From the human T2T-CHM13v2.0 reference genome, Homo sapiens: 64,000 bases of DNA. Of the stretch, positions 17,204-31,409 are shown piece by piece. Location: NCBI RefSeq assembly GCF_009914755.1, contig NC_060929.1. One strand, 5' to 3'. The notes under the pieces were generated by a model. That model was not told where the DNA came from and did no database searches. It saw only the letters and a list, made by a program, of their open reading frames with translations. How positions within the stretch are numbered: position 1 is the stretch's first letter; each line of letters opens with the position of its first letter. Both the position numbers and the translations under genes were made by a program.

Positions 17204-17558
17204 TGTATTAGTTTGTTTTCACACTGCTGATAAAGACATACCTGAGACTAAGTAATTTATAAAGAAAAAGAGGTTTAATGGACTCACAGTTCCATGTGAC
17301 TGGGAAGCCTCACAATCATAGTGGAGGCCAAAAGGCATGTCTACATAGGGGCAGGTAAGAGAGAATGAGAGCCAAGAGAAAAGGGAAACTCTTTATAAAA
17401 CCATCAGATCTCGTGAGACTTACTCACTACTATGAAAACAGTATGGGGGGAACCCATAATTCAATTATCTCCCACTGGGTCCCTCCCACAACACTTGGGA
17501 ATCATGCGAGCTACAATTCAAGATGAAATTTAGGTGGGGACACAGCCAAACCATATCA
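17204..17558 (-). mobile_element. THE1B-like solo LTR
   Basis: tgtattagt...ctgctgataaagacatacctgagac...ggtggggacacagccaaaccatatca. Confidence 0.95.
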
Positions 17559-17841
17559 ATCACTAACCTCAAGAGTACCCTTCATTCTACTTAGCAAATG
17601 TGCCTCTTTTTTTTCCACATTCCCATATTCTTTGGAAATTTCATACTTCGTCTTTTTCATAAACCTTCAGCATCTTTCCCCAACATCTTTGCATTTAACT
17701 TTCTGTCATTTCCTCTTCTCCATGTAAAATGAAGTTCTTAGAAAATAGATTTCATAAACTCTCATCATCACAACTCTTGACTACTCCACATTTCCCAGCA
17801 CTTGCATCTATGTATTCTACCTGCCTCCCTAAAATTTCTTA

Positions 17842-18350
17842 TAGACCTATGCTTCCCAATACAATAGCTGCTGTCCACATGCGGCTGTGGAGCATAGGAA
17901 GTGAATGAGGCTAGTTCAAAGTGAGACGTGCTGTCAGGTAAAACTCACATTAGATTCACAGAGAGTATAAAAATTAAATGTAAAATATCTCATTCAATTT
18001 GTTATATTAAGAAGCTATCCTTCAAAAATGAAGCAGAAATAAAATCTTTCCCACACAAATAGAAACCAAGGTAATTCATCACCACTAGATCAGCCCTACA
18101 AGAAATGCTTAAGGGAGTCCTACATCTGGCAGCAAAAGGACAATATCTATCTTCATAAAACACGGACAAATAGAAAACTCACTGGCACAGAAGAAACAAA
18201 AGAATAACATTTTGGATATATTGGGTTAAATCACATATTAGAGTGAATTCCACATGCTTCTTTTACCTTTTTTTTTTTTTTTAGTGCAGCTGTTAGAAAA
18301 TTTAAAATGACCTACGCTGTTCATATTATAATTCTATTAGGCAACATTTC
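17842..18350. mobile_element. MER33 (hAT-Charlie), split by an L1 fragment
   Basis: ccaatacaatagc..ccacatgcggct..gtaaaatatctcatt on the left and attttggatatattgggttaaat..tagaaaatttaaaat on the right. Confidence 0.85.
18009..18202 (+). mobile_element. Internal L1 fragment covering the ORF1 C-terminus
   Basis: Translates KLSFKNEAEIKSFPHK*KPR*FITTRSALQEMLKGVL, matching the L1 ORF1p C-terminal region. Confidence 0.9.
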
Positions 18351-18359
18351 TATTAGAAC

Positions 18360-19870
18360 TCTCCAAACTTCCATCTTAAGCCAATCTCTCCAATTTCGTA
18401 GATTTTTTAAAAGCAGACTTTAGTTAGGAACATTGTTCTAGCACATTTCCTATCTCCTACATTGCCAGTTTGTTTTCTCTCCCACATCTTTTCCGATTGT
18501 ATGTAGATATGATGTTATTCTCCAGGTTTTAAAAAGACATTCACGTAATTCTTCTTCCCAATGAGTATCCCATTTCTCCAGTTTCCTTTTTAGTAAAACT
18601 TTTCAAGAGTGTCCCAAATTCTTAGTGTTTGCATTCTCCTTTTCTCATTCTTTCTTAAACTTACTTTTATTTGGCTTTTGCCCTCTCCTTGTCATCCTCT
18701 GCTTCTCAACAACAAAAAACCTCAATGACAACAAGCTGTTTTTCTTATGGTCACTATTGACTCTCATATGGTGTAAATTTAGTGGTCAATTTTAGGCAGT
18801 CATCTTTCTGGACCTACCATCAGTTTTGGCAGAGGTATCTCTCCTTCTTGACATCGTTCCTTATTGAGCTTCCAAAACACCACATACTCTTGGCTTCCCT
18901 TCAACGTTCTGCTGTTACTCCTTCTCAGTCTCTGTTTCTGGAATATTCTTTTCCCCCTGAGCACTTATGTTTTACATATTCTCTTTTAGTCTTTTCTTTA
19001 TGCATATTTCTTGGTGATCTCATAAAACCCCAAGAATTCTCAACTTTTATCTTCTGCCAGACCTCTGCAAGAACTCCAGACTAATATATACAAATGCCTG
19101 TTAAATATCTCTTTTTATGTTTCTAATTTGCCAATCAAACTTAGCCCTTCTAAAACTGATATTCTGACCTCCCTGACTCCAAAACTGCTCCAGTGGCAGT
19201 TTCTTCGTCATCTCAGCTGATAAAAACTCTTTTCCTATTGCTGAGACTAAAAATCTCTGTGGAGTCAATTTTAAGCCTCTGGGTCTCCTCTTACTGATCA
19301 TATTCTATTGGGCACCAAAACTTGTCTTTCATTTCGAAACTCAATACAAATTCCAGCCATTTCCCATCACCACCATTTCTACCACTGGGAATGTACCTCA
19401 CTGGCCCCAATTCTTACACAGCTCTTTAACTGTGCTCTCTGGTTCTACGCTTGCTCACTGTATCGTGTTCGTAGCATAGAAAGTGGAGTGATCCTTTTAG
19501 GACACAAATTAGATCATGCCTAACTTCTACTTAAAGCCCTGCAATGGTTCTCCATCACACCATAATAAAAGCCCAAGTGTTTGCAATGGTGTGGCTGTGA
19601 AACCCACATCATCTCTTTTCCTCCAGCACTCTCCTGCCGTTTTCTTTTACTCATTTTATACTAACCTTTCTTTGTTCTAAGTTGGCTGAAGCTACACTGG
19701 TTTCCTCTTTGTTCTTGGAAAAAAAAAAGTTCACGCTTTAAAAGTAGGCACTGGTCGTTTGCTCTCCCTGAAAAGTTTCTCCTCTGGATGTAACATAAGA
19801 ATAACGTTGTTACCTACTACTAGTCTTTGTTCAAGTGTCAACTTCCTGATAAGTACCCTGAGACAATTAA
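18360..19870 (+). mobile_element. L2 LINE fragment (RT region to 3' part)
   Basis: Decayed L2 RT-like stretch ggtcactattgac..gtggtcaatttt..catctttctggacctaccatcag; 3' motifs gatcatgcc..cttaaagccctgcaatgg. Confidence 0.75.
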
Positions 19871-20383
19871 TCAGAATCCCTTTGCCATTCCCATGTCTTT
19901 GTCCCATCCCATTGTAATAAACTATTCTTTAGTTAAAATATGGAAAACTTGATCTTTCAAAATTCAAATATGTGCATTAAAACATTTAGATTAATCATTC
20001 GCCCACTCCCCACTTTTCTGTGATGAGTAACAAGATTTCCTCTTTGCTTGACTGCCAACTTTCTCCAAGGAATCTAGAATAAATAATGAATATTTTCAGT
20101 CATAATGTTTATTTGAACTTCTCAGGGAAAAACCTGAGGTATGGGAGAAAAGGGGAAAGAAAAATTGCGTATTTAATTAACAATGGCATGTGAAGAGAGA
20201 ATGAAGACTGATTACACTGTAGAAAGCCTTCTATTGGATTTTGTACTTTTTTCTGTTGCCTGAAATGCCAGAAGCAAAATCTGTATCTTCCTGGTGGATG
20301 CTGCACTAAATACTGAGGTGCAGACACTTGTGGACACAGAGGCTCAGGCCAAAATCACAGAGGATTTTATTTCCTTGTTACTT

Positions 20384-20405
20384 AAAAAAAAAAAAAAAAA
20401 AAAAA
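20384..20405 (+). repeat. Poly(A)22 not attached to a recognisable element
   Basis: ctt followed by 22 A. Confidence 0.9.
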
Positions 20406-20467
20406 GAATGTTTTTGAATACACAGTATCCCTAATAGTACAGGCTATTGTTTTTTCTTTAACTAACT

Positions 20468-20643
20468 ATTATTATTACTATTATTATTACTATTTGGAGA
20501 CAGTGTCTAGCTTTGTTGCCCAGGCTGGAGAGCAGTGGCACAGTCAGAGCTCACTGCAGCATCAGACTCCTGAGCTCAAGTGATTCTCCCATCTTAGCCT
20601 CCAGAATAACTGAGACTTACAGGTGTACCCACTGTGCCTGGAC
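20468..20643 (-). mobile_element. FRAM or AluJ right-arm monomer with (TAT)n tail
   Basis: Single Alu arm gagacagtgtct..cccaggctggag..ctcactgcagc..ctcaagtgattctccc..gtgcctgg. Confidence 0.85.
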
Positions 20644-22239
20644 TGATGGTTTTTATAGAGTCAATTTTATTCTCATTAGGTTAAGGAAGTCACTAAAAGA
20701 AAATATTTTAAAAATACAAATGAGAAGAGACTGAATCAGGAAGCATTATTCATTTTGTCTGTGATTAGCAGAAGTAACCTTTGGAGTATGTTGTGTTTCC
20801 TTAGTGAAACACAATTATTTCACCTATAAATAACACTCATAACTTGACTTTTTACCCCCTTTTTGTCCCATTGATTCTTATCTTCTGTTGCTCATATTGT
20901 TGGTTTGTGGTTTGTTTCTTTTGGTAATGTTTGATCTCTTTTCAAGTCTATAGTAAAAGTGAATTAAGTATCATTCAGAGATTTTCTTGAATCAAGGACA
21001 AGGTAAGAGTAATTTTTATATAACTTCATTAAATTAAGTGCACTAGAAGTACTGGGATCTTTAGGGAACTATAATGTTTGACCAGATCAAAGACTATACC
21101 AAAGGCATGCTCTTAAAATTGTCTAAATCTAAACACAGTGGGCTGGCTTTTTATGGAATTATTAACTATTTTAAAAAGTTGGCTATGCTAGCTCTTCCTA
21201 TACTAGAATAATTTTTAAAAACCACAAAATGGTAGACCTAGTTTATTCTATATAATTTGATCATTTCTGCTGGTTATCTGAACTTTTTCAGATAAGGCTT
21301 CTACCATCTCCAATCTCATAGGTACATTCTGCATATACTTAGTATTTTTTCTAATCATTTTATGGACCAATGTGAATATATAAAATAGGATTTCAGATAC
21401 ACGGTGGCCATTGTACATCTTTCTTTGATTGCTAAGTGGAATAGGACTCTCTCAAAATAATTTACATTGCTGTGTTTATTCCAGGAATAGCTTCAGCAGT
21501 TTTGGCGTGGATTGTCTTTAAATCTATATCACAATGTTGCTGCTACAGATAATCATAATTGAAATTAATTGTGGCCTGAAAACTATTTCTATTAAAATAA
21601 TAGTCTACATCAGCAATTTCTTTGATGCATAAAACCAATAATAATTTATGTAACTACATTTATTTCAGTCTAAATGGAGATGTTTATTATTAGGCTGAAC
21701 AAGGGGATATATTTGCCTGTATCATCTCACTTTTTTAGAATGAAATAAGTGGTTCTAGAAACTTTCCCTACATGGTCAAAAATGTATCAAAAATTGATAT
21801 TTATCATTTTGCACTTTTATAATAATGGTTCAACTACGAAGATGCAGCTATATTGTGACCAGCAGTGAAGAGTTTTTAAAAAGATAAGATTAAAAATTTG
21901 TATACATAGGAAAGATTCATAGCAGTGCCTGCTTTTAAAGCTCTCAGGATGGCATCAAGTATCATTAATATCCCTGACAGTATTTCTTTATATATGTCAT
22001 GGACAAGTATAGATTTTGATAAGCAGTCACCTTCTGGATCAATATTTTATAAGAAATTAAATACCTTTAATGATAGAAAACTACTCTGGACAGTTTCATC
22101 TTTTTGTAATGAAGTTTTTAAATTATAAAAGTAATAATTTATTGTAATTAGAAATTACAGAGTGCTAAGAAATTTAATATTTGCTAATTTCATTATTCAT
22201 ATTTTTCACTTTTTTGTGACAATGCAGTGCACTGCAATT

Positions 22240-23840
<1,601 letters not shown>

Positions 23841-26800
23841 TGGATCTTATCTCAATGGTTATATTTGAAAATAAAGGTATGAATTTTACATTACTAAAGA
23901 GAATTAAAACTAAATTTAACAGAAATTATTGCAATATTTATATTTAAGTTTCTTGAGGACACACTTAAATATTACATTTGTAATTTGCCATGTTGACTTT
24001 TAATTTATAAGAACTATATCATTGGATTAAAGATAGTTTGAAATGCTCTGCATTCAAATTCTAGTAATTCCTTATGTATATATTTCTTTCTTCTGGATCA
24101 AATATTCTTGTACAAATTTTAATTTTTAAGTAGAAAAAAATATTTGGAGTTATGACTTACCTTCCCACACGAAACTTTTAGGTGGTTATGATGATACAAA
24201 ATTTACCAGGTCTTCTACCTGTGCATTGCTTTTATTTTTCTTTGGATAAGAAAAAATAATGCTCACTCTATCTTACTGGCTCATCTATCTAGAATATATG
24301 TACACAAACACACAGACACTTGTATTTTCTTCCAGAAACCAAATTCTAGAAATTTTTGAAACTATAATTTTCTTCTTCGTGCACTTTTTTTTTGCCATAA
24401 ACACGTGGATAAGTTGTGGACATTAGTAACAAATCAGGTATGTCATGGCATTATGAAGTTTAAAAGTATCTGTATGAAATAAACTCTGTACCTCATTGAC
24501 TCAATTCAGATATTTCTTCGTTAATTAACTGAAAAGCTCTACCCAAATCATACAGCCATAAAGCCTCTCTTTTCATCTTTCACCATCATGAAATACTAAA
24601 TTTCCTTCTCTACTACCAGAAATCCAGTGTTTATTAGTAATAAAGCTAAGACTCAGAAGCTAAGGTATTTTTCCAGCAAACCTTAGGGACCCTTTCTCTA
24701 GTATTCCAGATGCACATTACAAACAGTAGGAAAGGTAGGAAGTCTTTCTAAAAAATTTTCCATGTGGGATCTTGAAGACAGAATTATTTACTGCCCAGGC
24801 TTTAGTTCATTGTTTCATCATTCTTTTTTTGAATAACATTTCATACCTTATGCTTTTTCTTGTTTTATTTTTGTTATGTGCTCAGAATGGCAAACCTGAG
24901 GTCAGAAGCAGTCTATAGCTTGACAGAGGATGTTTTGGTCAGAAGCAGGCTCCAGTGTGACAGTGGGTGTCTCTGGTAGCTGAAAGACAAGACATTAATT
25001 AATACCTGACAAGGTTTGCAGGCAGTTGGGAAACCCTCCTGATGAAGAGCTTCTTGTTCTGCTTCAAGCAGCCACCATGTACATGGCCAATCTTGTGTGT
25101 GGAAAAGGCTCTCAAGACTGTTAGTCACCATGTGCCCACTACATAACAGGAAGAGAGAGCTTGATTTTAAGCAGTGTTAGGATGCTAGACTAAAAGCCAG
25201 TCTGCTAGATTTCCATACGTGCACTTAGTCAAGTTCCAGCCCTTTCTAGAAGATTGGCTGCTAAGATTACTGCCTTACCCTTGTGGAACAGTCTCAGGCT
25301 AGGAACAGCAAGGATAAGTCCTCAGATGTTATGGGACATTTTCCTAATTCAATTGGCATGCCCTAAGGAATTCCATAACATAAAAACAACCTATCTCAAA
25401 GAAGTTCAAAGCTTTGAGAATTTGAACCCACCAACATGTAATGTTATTTAAAAAATTTTAAATATTAGAAGCAATAAAGTTTTCACATATGAGATCATCT
25501 AAAATCTCAGTAAAACCAGGCTGTTTCCTTACTCTTGAACACCTTACCCACTGTTCTAAGATTTTAATTAGTAACAATATCGTTGGTTATTCTAATGACA
25601 TTTATAAATGGTTAAAATAAACTAATATCAGTCATGAATACTTAAAACAGAACAAAACAGACAACACTGTCAAGTTTTATAAAATATTAATTACCTGCAA
25701 AGCTGTTATTAATGCTACTAGTGTCAAACAAATACAATTTGGAGGAAAAAAGTAATACATGTCACTTTATTACCAGAATCCTCACTGCTTCCTTAAAAAA
25801 GAAACATTATATTCTATGTTCAGGCTCTTGAAATAAATACACCAAAAGTCATAGATATATTGTTATTTTATGGATATTAATTTTAATGTAGATGATATTA
25901 TAAATTTATTTCCTATTATACATAGCTGATGAGTAACTTTATTGGTTATTTAAAATACAAGTTGTCTCATTTATTTACACAGCAGCTAGAAGTTTCACTA
26001 TTTAAACTCCCAGCTTAATTTTTAGGTATGGTTGCAGTCATAAAAATAAGTAAATTTTATACATACCATACACAAGATTAGGTTTACATTTTCTGTTTGC
26101 ACAGTTACCTAAGCCTTTTTATTTTTAGAATGTGTCACAACTACATCAAGGAGATGCTTCCAGATCAAAAACCCTGAAAATAAAAACTTTGCCTTTTCTG
26201 GTTTAATGTAAGAGCCAGGTATTAACTTTAGATGTAAACAATCCACTACTGAAAGTTACTTAAGTACACTAGCCAGACAACAACATCACCATCTAGGTGA
26301 TAAGTTGATATCACCAATGAAAATTTGGCTGTTATAATTCTCAACACAACATTATCAGATAAAGCTACACAAAATCTGAGCTGGATACAAATCCCTCCCT
26401 TCTTGAGAAGCTGAGATTTGAAAGTTGTTTTCATGACTACATCACAGATAATTGACTAATTGCATTCTACAGTCAAAACATGCTGACTTGAAAGTATACT
26501 AACAAAAAAAGTTCAACAAGTTTTCCAAGCTAACGTAGATTCAAAATTGATTTAACTCTTTTGTTAATTGGTCACATTTTATTTTGTTAATATATTTGTC
26601 TTCCAATGGTATATTTTTAAAGCTAAATTAGTACTTTCGGTAATATTCAAAACCTAAGCCCAAACTACATTTAATGAGAAGATATTTTTAATTTCAAATG
26701 TTACAATGCGTTTCTACTTACAATAGTTTATTTAAATTGCGTCTTTAGACTAGTGGTGTTATCAATAGTATCTCTCTACTTTTGCTCTAAGGTATTGGTT

Positions 26801-26969
26801 CCAATGGAGAGGAACAATGCAAAATAATCATTCATATTCTGACTTGGATCAAGAATAGTTTTTGTCTTTAATGTCATCAAATAGAAACTTTATTACCTTT
26901 CCTTTTCTTATTAAATAGTTCTTTAAAAGAAATTTCCACCGACTAGTTAAACATATTTATATTTATGTA

Positions 26970-27160
26970 CTGGTTAATTACTGCTTATCTGAAATGCATA
27001 GATCAAAAGTGTTTCTGATTTCAGATTTTTTTTATTTTTGGAATACTTGCAATATGCATAATGAGATATGTTGGAAATGGAACTAAAGATGAAACAAAAT
27101 TCATGCATGCTTCATATACACCTCATACCCATAGACTGAAGGAAATTTTGTGCAATATTA
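26970..27160. mobile_element. Tigger4b/MER46B-like fragment
   Basis: cttatctgaaatgc..aagtgtttctgatttcagatttt..ttggaatacttgca..ataatgagatat..ttcatatacacct. Confidence 0.8.
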
Positions 27161-27161
27161 T

Positions 27162-27423
27162 ACATTATAGAGTGTACTTACACAAACCTGGATAGTATAG
27201 CCTACTACAAACCCAGGCTATGTGATGTAATCTATTGCCCCTACACTACAGACCTGTATAATATGTTACTGTACTGAATAGTGTAGGCAGTTGTAACATA
27301 ATGGTATTTATGTATCTAAACATTTAAACATATAAAAAAGATACAGTAAAAATAAGATACTATAATGTGGGAACACTGTCATATATGAAGCCTGTCATTA
27401 ACTAAAGCACTATGTGGTATGTG
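27162..27423. mobile_element. Tigger3a/MER7A-like element, missing one end
   Basis: agagtgtacttacacaaacctggatagtatagcctactac; homologous to 13730-13930 in this window. Confidence 0.88.
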
Positions 27424-27429
27424 TATTCC

Positions 27430-28700
27430 TTTGTGATTTGTATTTTCCCACTAACAAGTATTAGGTTTTCAACATCGCTTTTAGTTCTTTGAAATGTCAG
27501 CTAAATTTATCTAGGCGTCACTTTATTTTATTTTGTTATTTTTATATGTCCCTTTAGGGATTCATTGTACTTTCAAAATATATAGTTTCTAAACTGTCTA
27601 GCTCTAGAAAATTCTCAGGTATTTTTAAGTTTAACCTCTTAAACTCGCTTCCATTTTTTCCATTCCTTCTACTCTCAGTAATGTTTTCTGAATAACTAAC
27701 TGGTGTTTTTTTTTTTCTTTAGTAATTTTCTTTTCAGCTTTTAAAATATACTTTGTCTCATCCATGAATTGAAAAATTTTAGGTTTTATAATTTACCCTT
27801 CTATACTTTTATAAAGTTTCATTTATTCAAATATGTTTATTAGTGTTTATAGTATCTACTTCCGTACTTATACTTTCAGTTTCATCTTATTTTCTTAATG
27901 TTCTTACAGATATTTATTTATTTTATATTACATAATTAATAATATCAATGTCTTTATTTTTCTAATTGTTCTGCTTACTTTTGTTTGGATTTTTGTTAAT
28001 GGGCTTTATTATTTCATGTGTCTTGTAATTTTATGTTTTGGGTATGTTCATTTGAGATTCATGTTTAAAATTATTTGGGGAATATAGATATGAGGCATTT
28101 TCTTTGAAATGGAGACAAAAAGAAAAGTCCTATTTTCTTCTGTAGTATACAAAACAAATCTCAGTAAGTGCATTTTTAGTTTTTGTTTGTTTGTCTTAAA
28201 TTCTGTGGTTAGTGAATCATCTGGGTCCAAACCTATATAAAAGGTAGTTCATGGTCACCCATACTCAGAGGAGACCCCCTCCTCTGTCTAGTACCAAGAC
28301 CAGGTCAGATGAAATCTCTTTTTATTTAAGTGTCTACCGGCGAGTTTGTGTTGGGGGTATAAATGGGGGTGTTTGAGTGTTTATAGTTCACCCATACTGT
28401 GCGCTGAGTCTCTTCATGAAGACTTTGATCTGACATCCCTGATTGAGGTTCTTTAACATTTTTGACGTGGTTACAGAGAACAACCTTGGCAAATTCCTCC
28501 AAGGCAATAGTCAACTTTATCTTGCTTTTTCTTGATTTACACGCCTCACTGTTGCTTATTTACTTACTTATTATAGTTCTACCTTTGATTATTATCCATA
28601 ATTTGTTGGACACTCCACCATTCCTTAATGAGATTTTGAATTATGTAAATATATGTATTTTTTTCTAAATTTTTGGTTATTTTTCTTTTTTAATTAAAGC
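27430..28700 (-). mobile_element. Old L1M or HAL1-like fragment
   Basis: T-rich antisense ORF1-region motifs (tctagaaaattctcag, tttcatgtgtcttgtaatttt). Confidence 0.45.
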
Positions 28701-29019
28701 CAATAATTTGTCCATATATGTAAATAAACTCATGAATCATGTAATGTATCATGTCTTTATACCCCAGAGTTTGCTATGATAGTGCATTATACAGTTCATC
28801 CCATCTTGTTTGTTTCAGAGCTTTTTTCAACAAACCTGTTGCTTATTACAAATAAATTAGCAATGTGGCCTGGCCAATTTCCTTTTACAATAATTTTCAT
28901 AGAAATATAATAGATTTCTTCATTATTAGGATTTCCAAATTTTTAAGTTAAGGAATAGCTATAACTATAATTTCAAACATATGTAATCTTAATCAAAATA
29001 TATTGTATGAAAATGTGAA

Positions 29020-29110
29020 AACCAGACTTTCACCACTATGTAATACATCCATATGACAAAACTGCACTGGTACCCCCTAAATGTATATACGTATAGAATA
29101 GAAAAGAAAA
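29020..29110 (+). mobile_element. L1MA/MB extreme 3' end
   Basis: cagactttcaccactatgtaatacatccatatgacaaaactgcactggtaccccctaaat plus an A-rich tail. Confidence 0.8.
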
Positions 29111-29392
29111 CAACCTAAATTCCTTACCTTGAGCCTTATGATAATATTGCAACACAGGAACAACTCAAAGGTGGGAATTCTGTGGAGGGAAGAAATATAA
29201 AGGTTTTATAAAATAGGCTGAGGAATACAGTCAATTTTAAATTTTGTTCTAAGAATCATTCACTGAATTCTTGGAAGCTGTGGAAAAACTTGGGTTACCA
29301 TAGACATGAAGCAGATTGTCGTGGGAAGCAAAGACTTTAGTCACAGTTTGGCAACCGTTGCCCAGGCAATTTGGGTTTAGCCAGACGGGTGG

Positions 29393-29760
29393 TGTTATGG
29401 ACTGAACTGTGTCCCCGCCAAATTATTATATCAAAGCTCTAAAACCAAATATATTTGGAGATAAAGTCTTTAAGGACATAAATAAAGCAAAATCAGGTCA
29501 TAGGGGTGGGACCAGAATCCACTAGAACTGGAGTCCTTATAAAGAGAAGAGGACACAAAAGCACTTTCTCCATGCCCAGAGAAAAGGCCACATGAGGATG
29601 CAGCAAGAAAGTAAGCCAGGAAAGAAGTCCCCATCAGAAGTCATCCAGGTTGATGCCTGGATGCTGGACTTTTAGCCTCCAGAACTGTGAGAAAATACAT
29701 TTTTGTTGTTTAAGACATTAGTCTGTGGTATTTTGTCAGGGCAGCATGAGAAGACTAACA
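29393..29760 (+). mobile_element. MLT1A-like solo LTR
   Basis: tgttatggactgaactgtgtcccc...agcctccagaactgtgagaaaatacatt...gactaaca. Confidence 0.9.
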
Positions 29761-31102
29761 TAGGGAAAGAAGGATGATCATGAGCTAAAGTCCTACTAGG
29801 ATTAGTAAAAACTAGTCTTTCATCCATCTTTCATAATGATATGTATGGTTCTAACGATGTTCTGCAATAACATATACTTTCTTGAATTATAGGCAACGAT
29901 GAATATGTCCAAGCTGGATGTGGGGATGGAAATGCAAATTAACGTCTTTGAGACTTGGAACAGCAATCTCTGTCTCCTGTCCATGCTATCTGGAACATTG
30001 TCATGGTAACTAATGAATGTACCCCCTTTTGGTAGACAATTGATCTGTTTGCCTTTTGGAAGTACTTGTTAGGAGAAGAGAGTAATTTGAAATATGAGAA
30101 GGGAACACAAATGAAAGAAAAGTTTCTGTTGAGGAGATAAAACTTGACTAATTATACTTTAAAAATATAATTTAGTAGAGTTGAAGTATCATTATTCTAA
30201 ACCAATTTATAGTAAGTATGTTTTCAAATTATAGGATAAAGTATTTCAAAGGCAAAATTTTAACATTATTTTATTTAAGTACTCTAAGCACCTGTGAGAT
30301 TAAAGAGTTCTGTAGACCATGATTTAAAAGATCAAATCTACAGATAATTGTGTCAACTCTAATTAGTAAATTTAGAAATACAGCGGTGTGAAGAGTCTTT
30401 CTTATTTTGTTCTATGAATTACCAGAAATCTCTGTCTCCTTTATGATAAACCTGAATGGAATTAATTTCAAAGTGCATGTATGTGTTTAATTTACTAAAC
30501 AAGATAAATTAAATAACAGGCTTTTTCAAGGAGATTGGATACCTCAGATTTGATAAAAATCAGAAATTTAAAAAGGAAAGCAGCAATGAAATACTCATAA
30601 AATTCAACACTGGAAGATATTGAACATTATTCTCAAAGTATTATATTCCTTTACCCACGTTCTTTCAATTTAAGTTTTTACTTTAATCTCTTTTGCCTTT
30701 TGTTTTTAAAGTGATGCTTTTATTTATCTACTTATGCTATGAAATTGTCTACATGGATATTTTTGTGCTCAGAATTTTAAAATAATGCATTTATTCAAAT
30801 TTGTCTAACTCTATTTTTTGATCCAAGTCTTATTTACTTCAAAGGAAATTCACCTTTTAAAGAACATCACTTTGAAAACTCTTTAAATGCTTTCCCTTGT
30901 TTGGGGGTTGTGGGAGGTGAATATGAGTACTGCATTTTCCTCTCCCTCTAAGCTTAACCTTGGTAAGCCTTGACTCAGTACCAGATAAATTAACTCCATA
31001 TAAAACACCACCTAGTACTATATTTCTAAAATTTAATAAAGGCTTCTACTTGAGACATTATTTTATTTTTAGAAAATTTGGATTGAGTGTTTTTGAGGCT
31101 GA

Positions 31103-31119
31103 ATATATATATATATATA
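31103..31119. repeat. (AT)n microsatellite
   Basis: atatatatatatatata. Confidence 0.85.
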
Positions 31120-31358
31120 TTAACAGCACTTCATAGATTCACTATAGTCACTCCTTCTTATGGATGGGACTGAGAAGATAATGTATCTTCCAGAACCGGA
31201 AAAGGTAACGTGGGCACCAGGAGTACATACCTTCTATAGTACACTGATGATACAATATGGAAATCCAGTGTTGTCACAACAATCTACATTTTGAGTATTT
31301 AAGCAATACATTGGTTTGCACTCCAGCTGCTTTAGATTTTGACATGTCTTAGCTGGCA

Positions 31359-31360
<2 letters not shown>

Positions 31361-31404
<44 letters not shown>
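31361..31404 (+). repeat. (GT)22 microsatellite
   Basis: Uninterrupted GT run. Confidence 0.98.

Positions 31405-31409
<5 letters not shown>

Noticed and set aside
24913-25131. 72-aa minus-strand ORF
   Set aside because: No recognisable homology or domain, and the length is expected by chance
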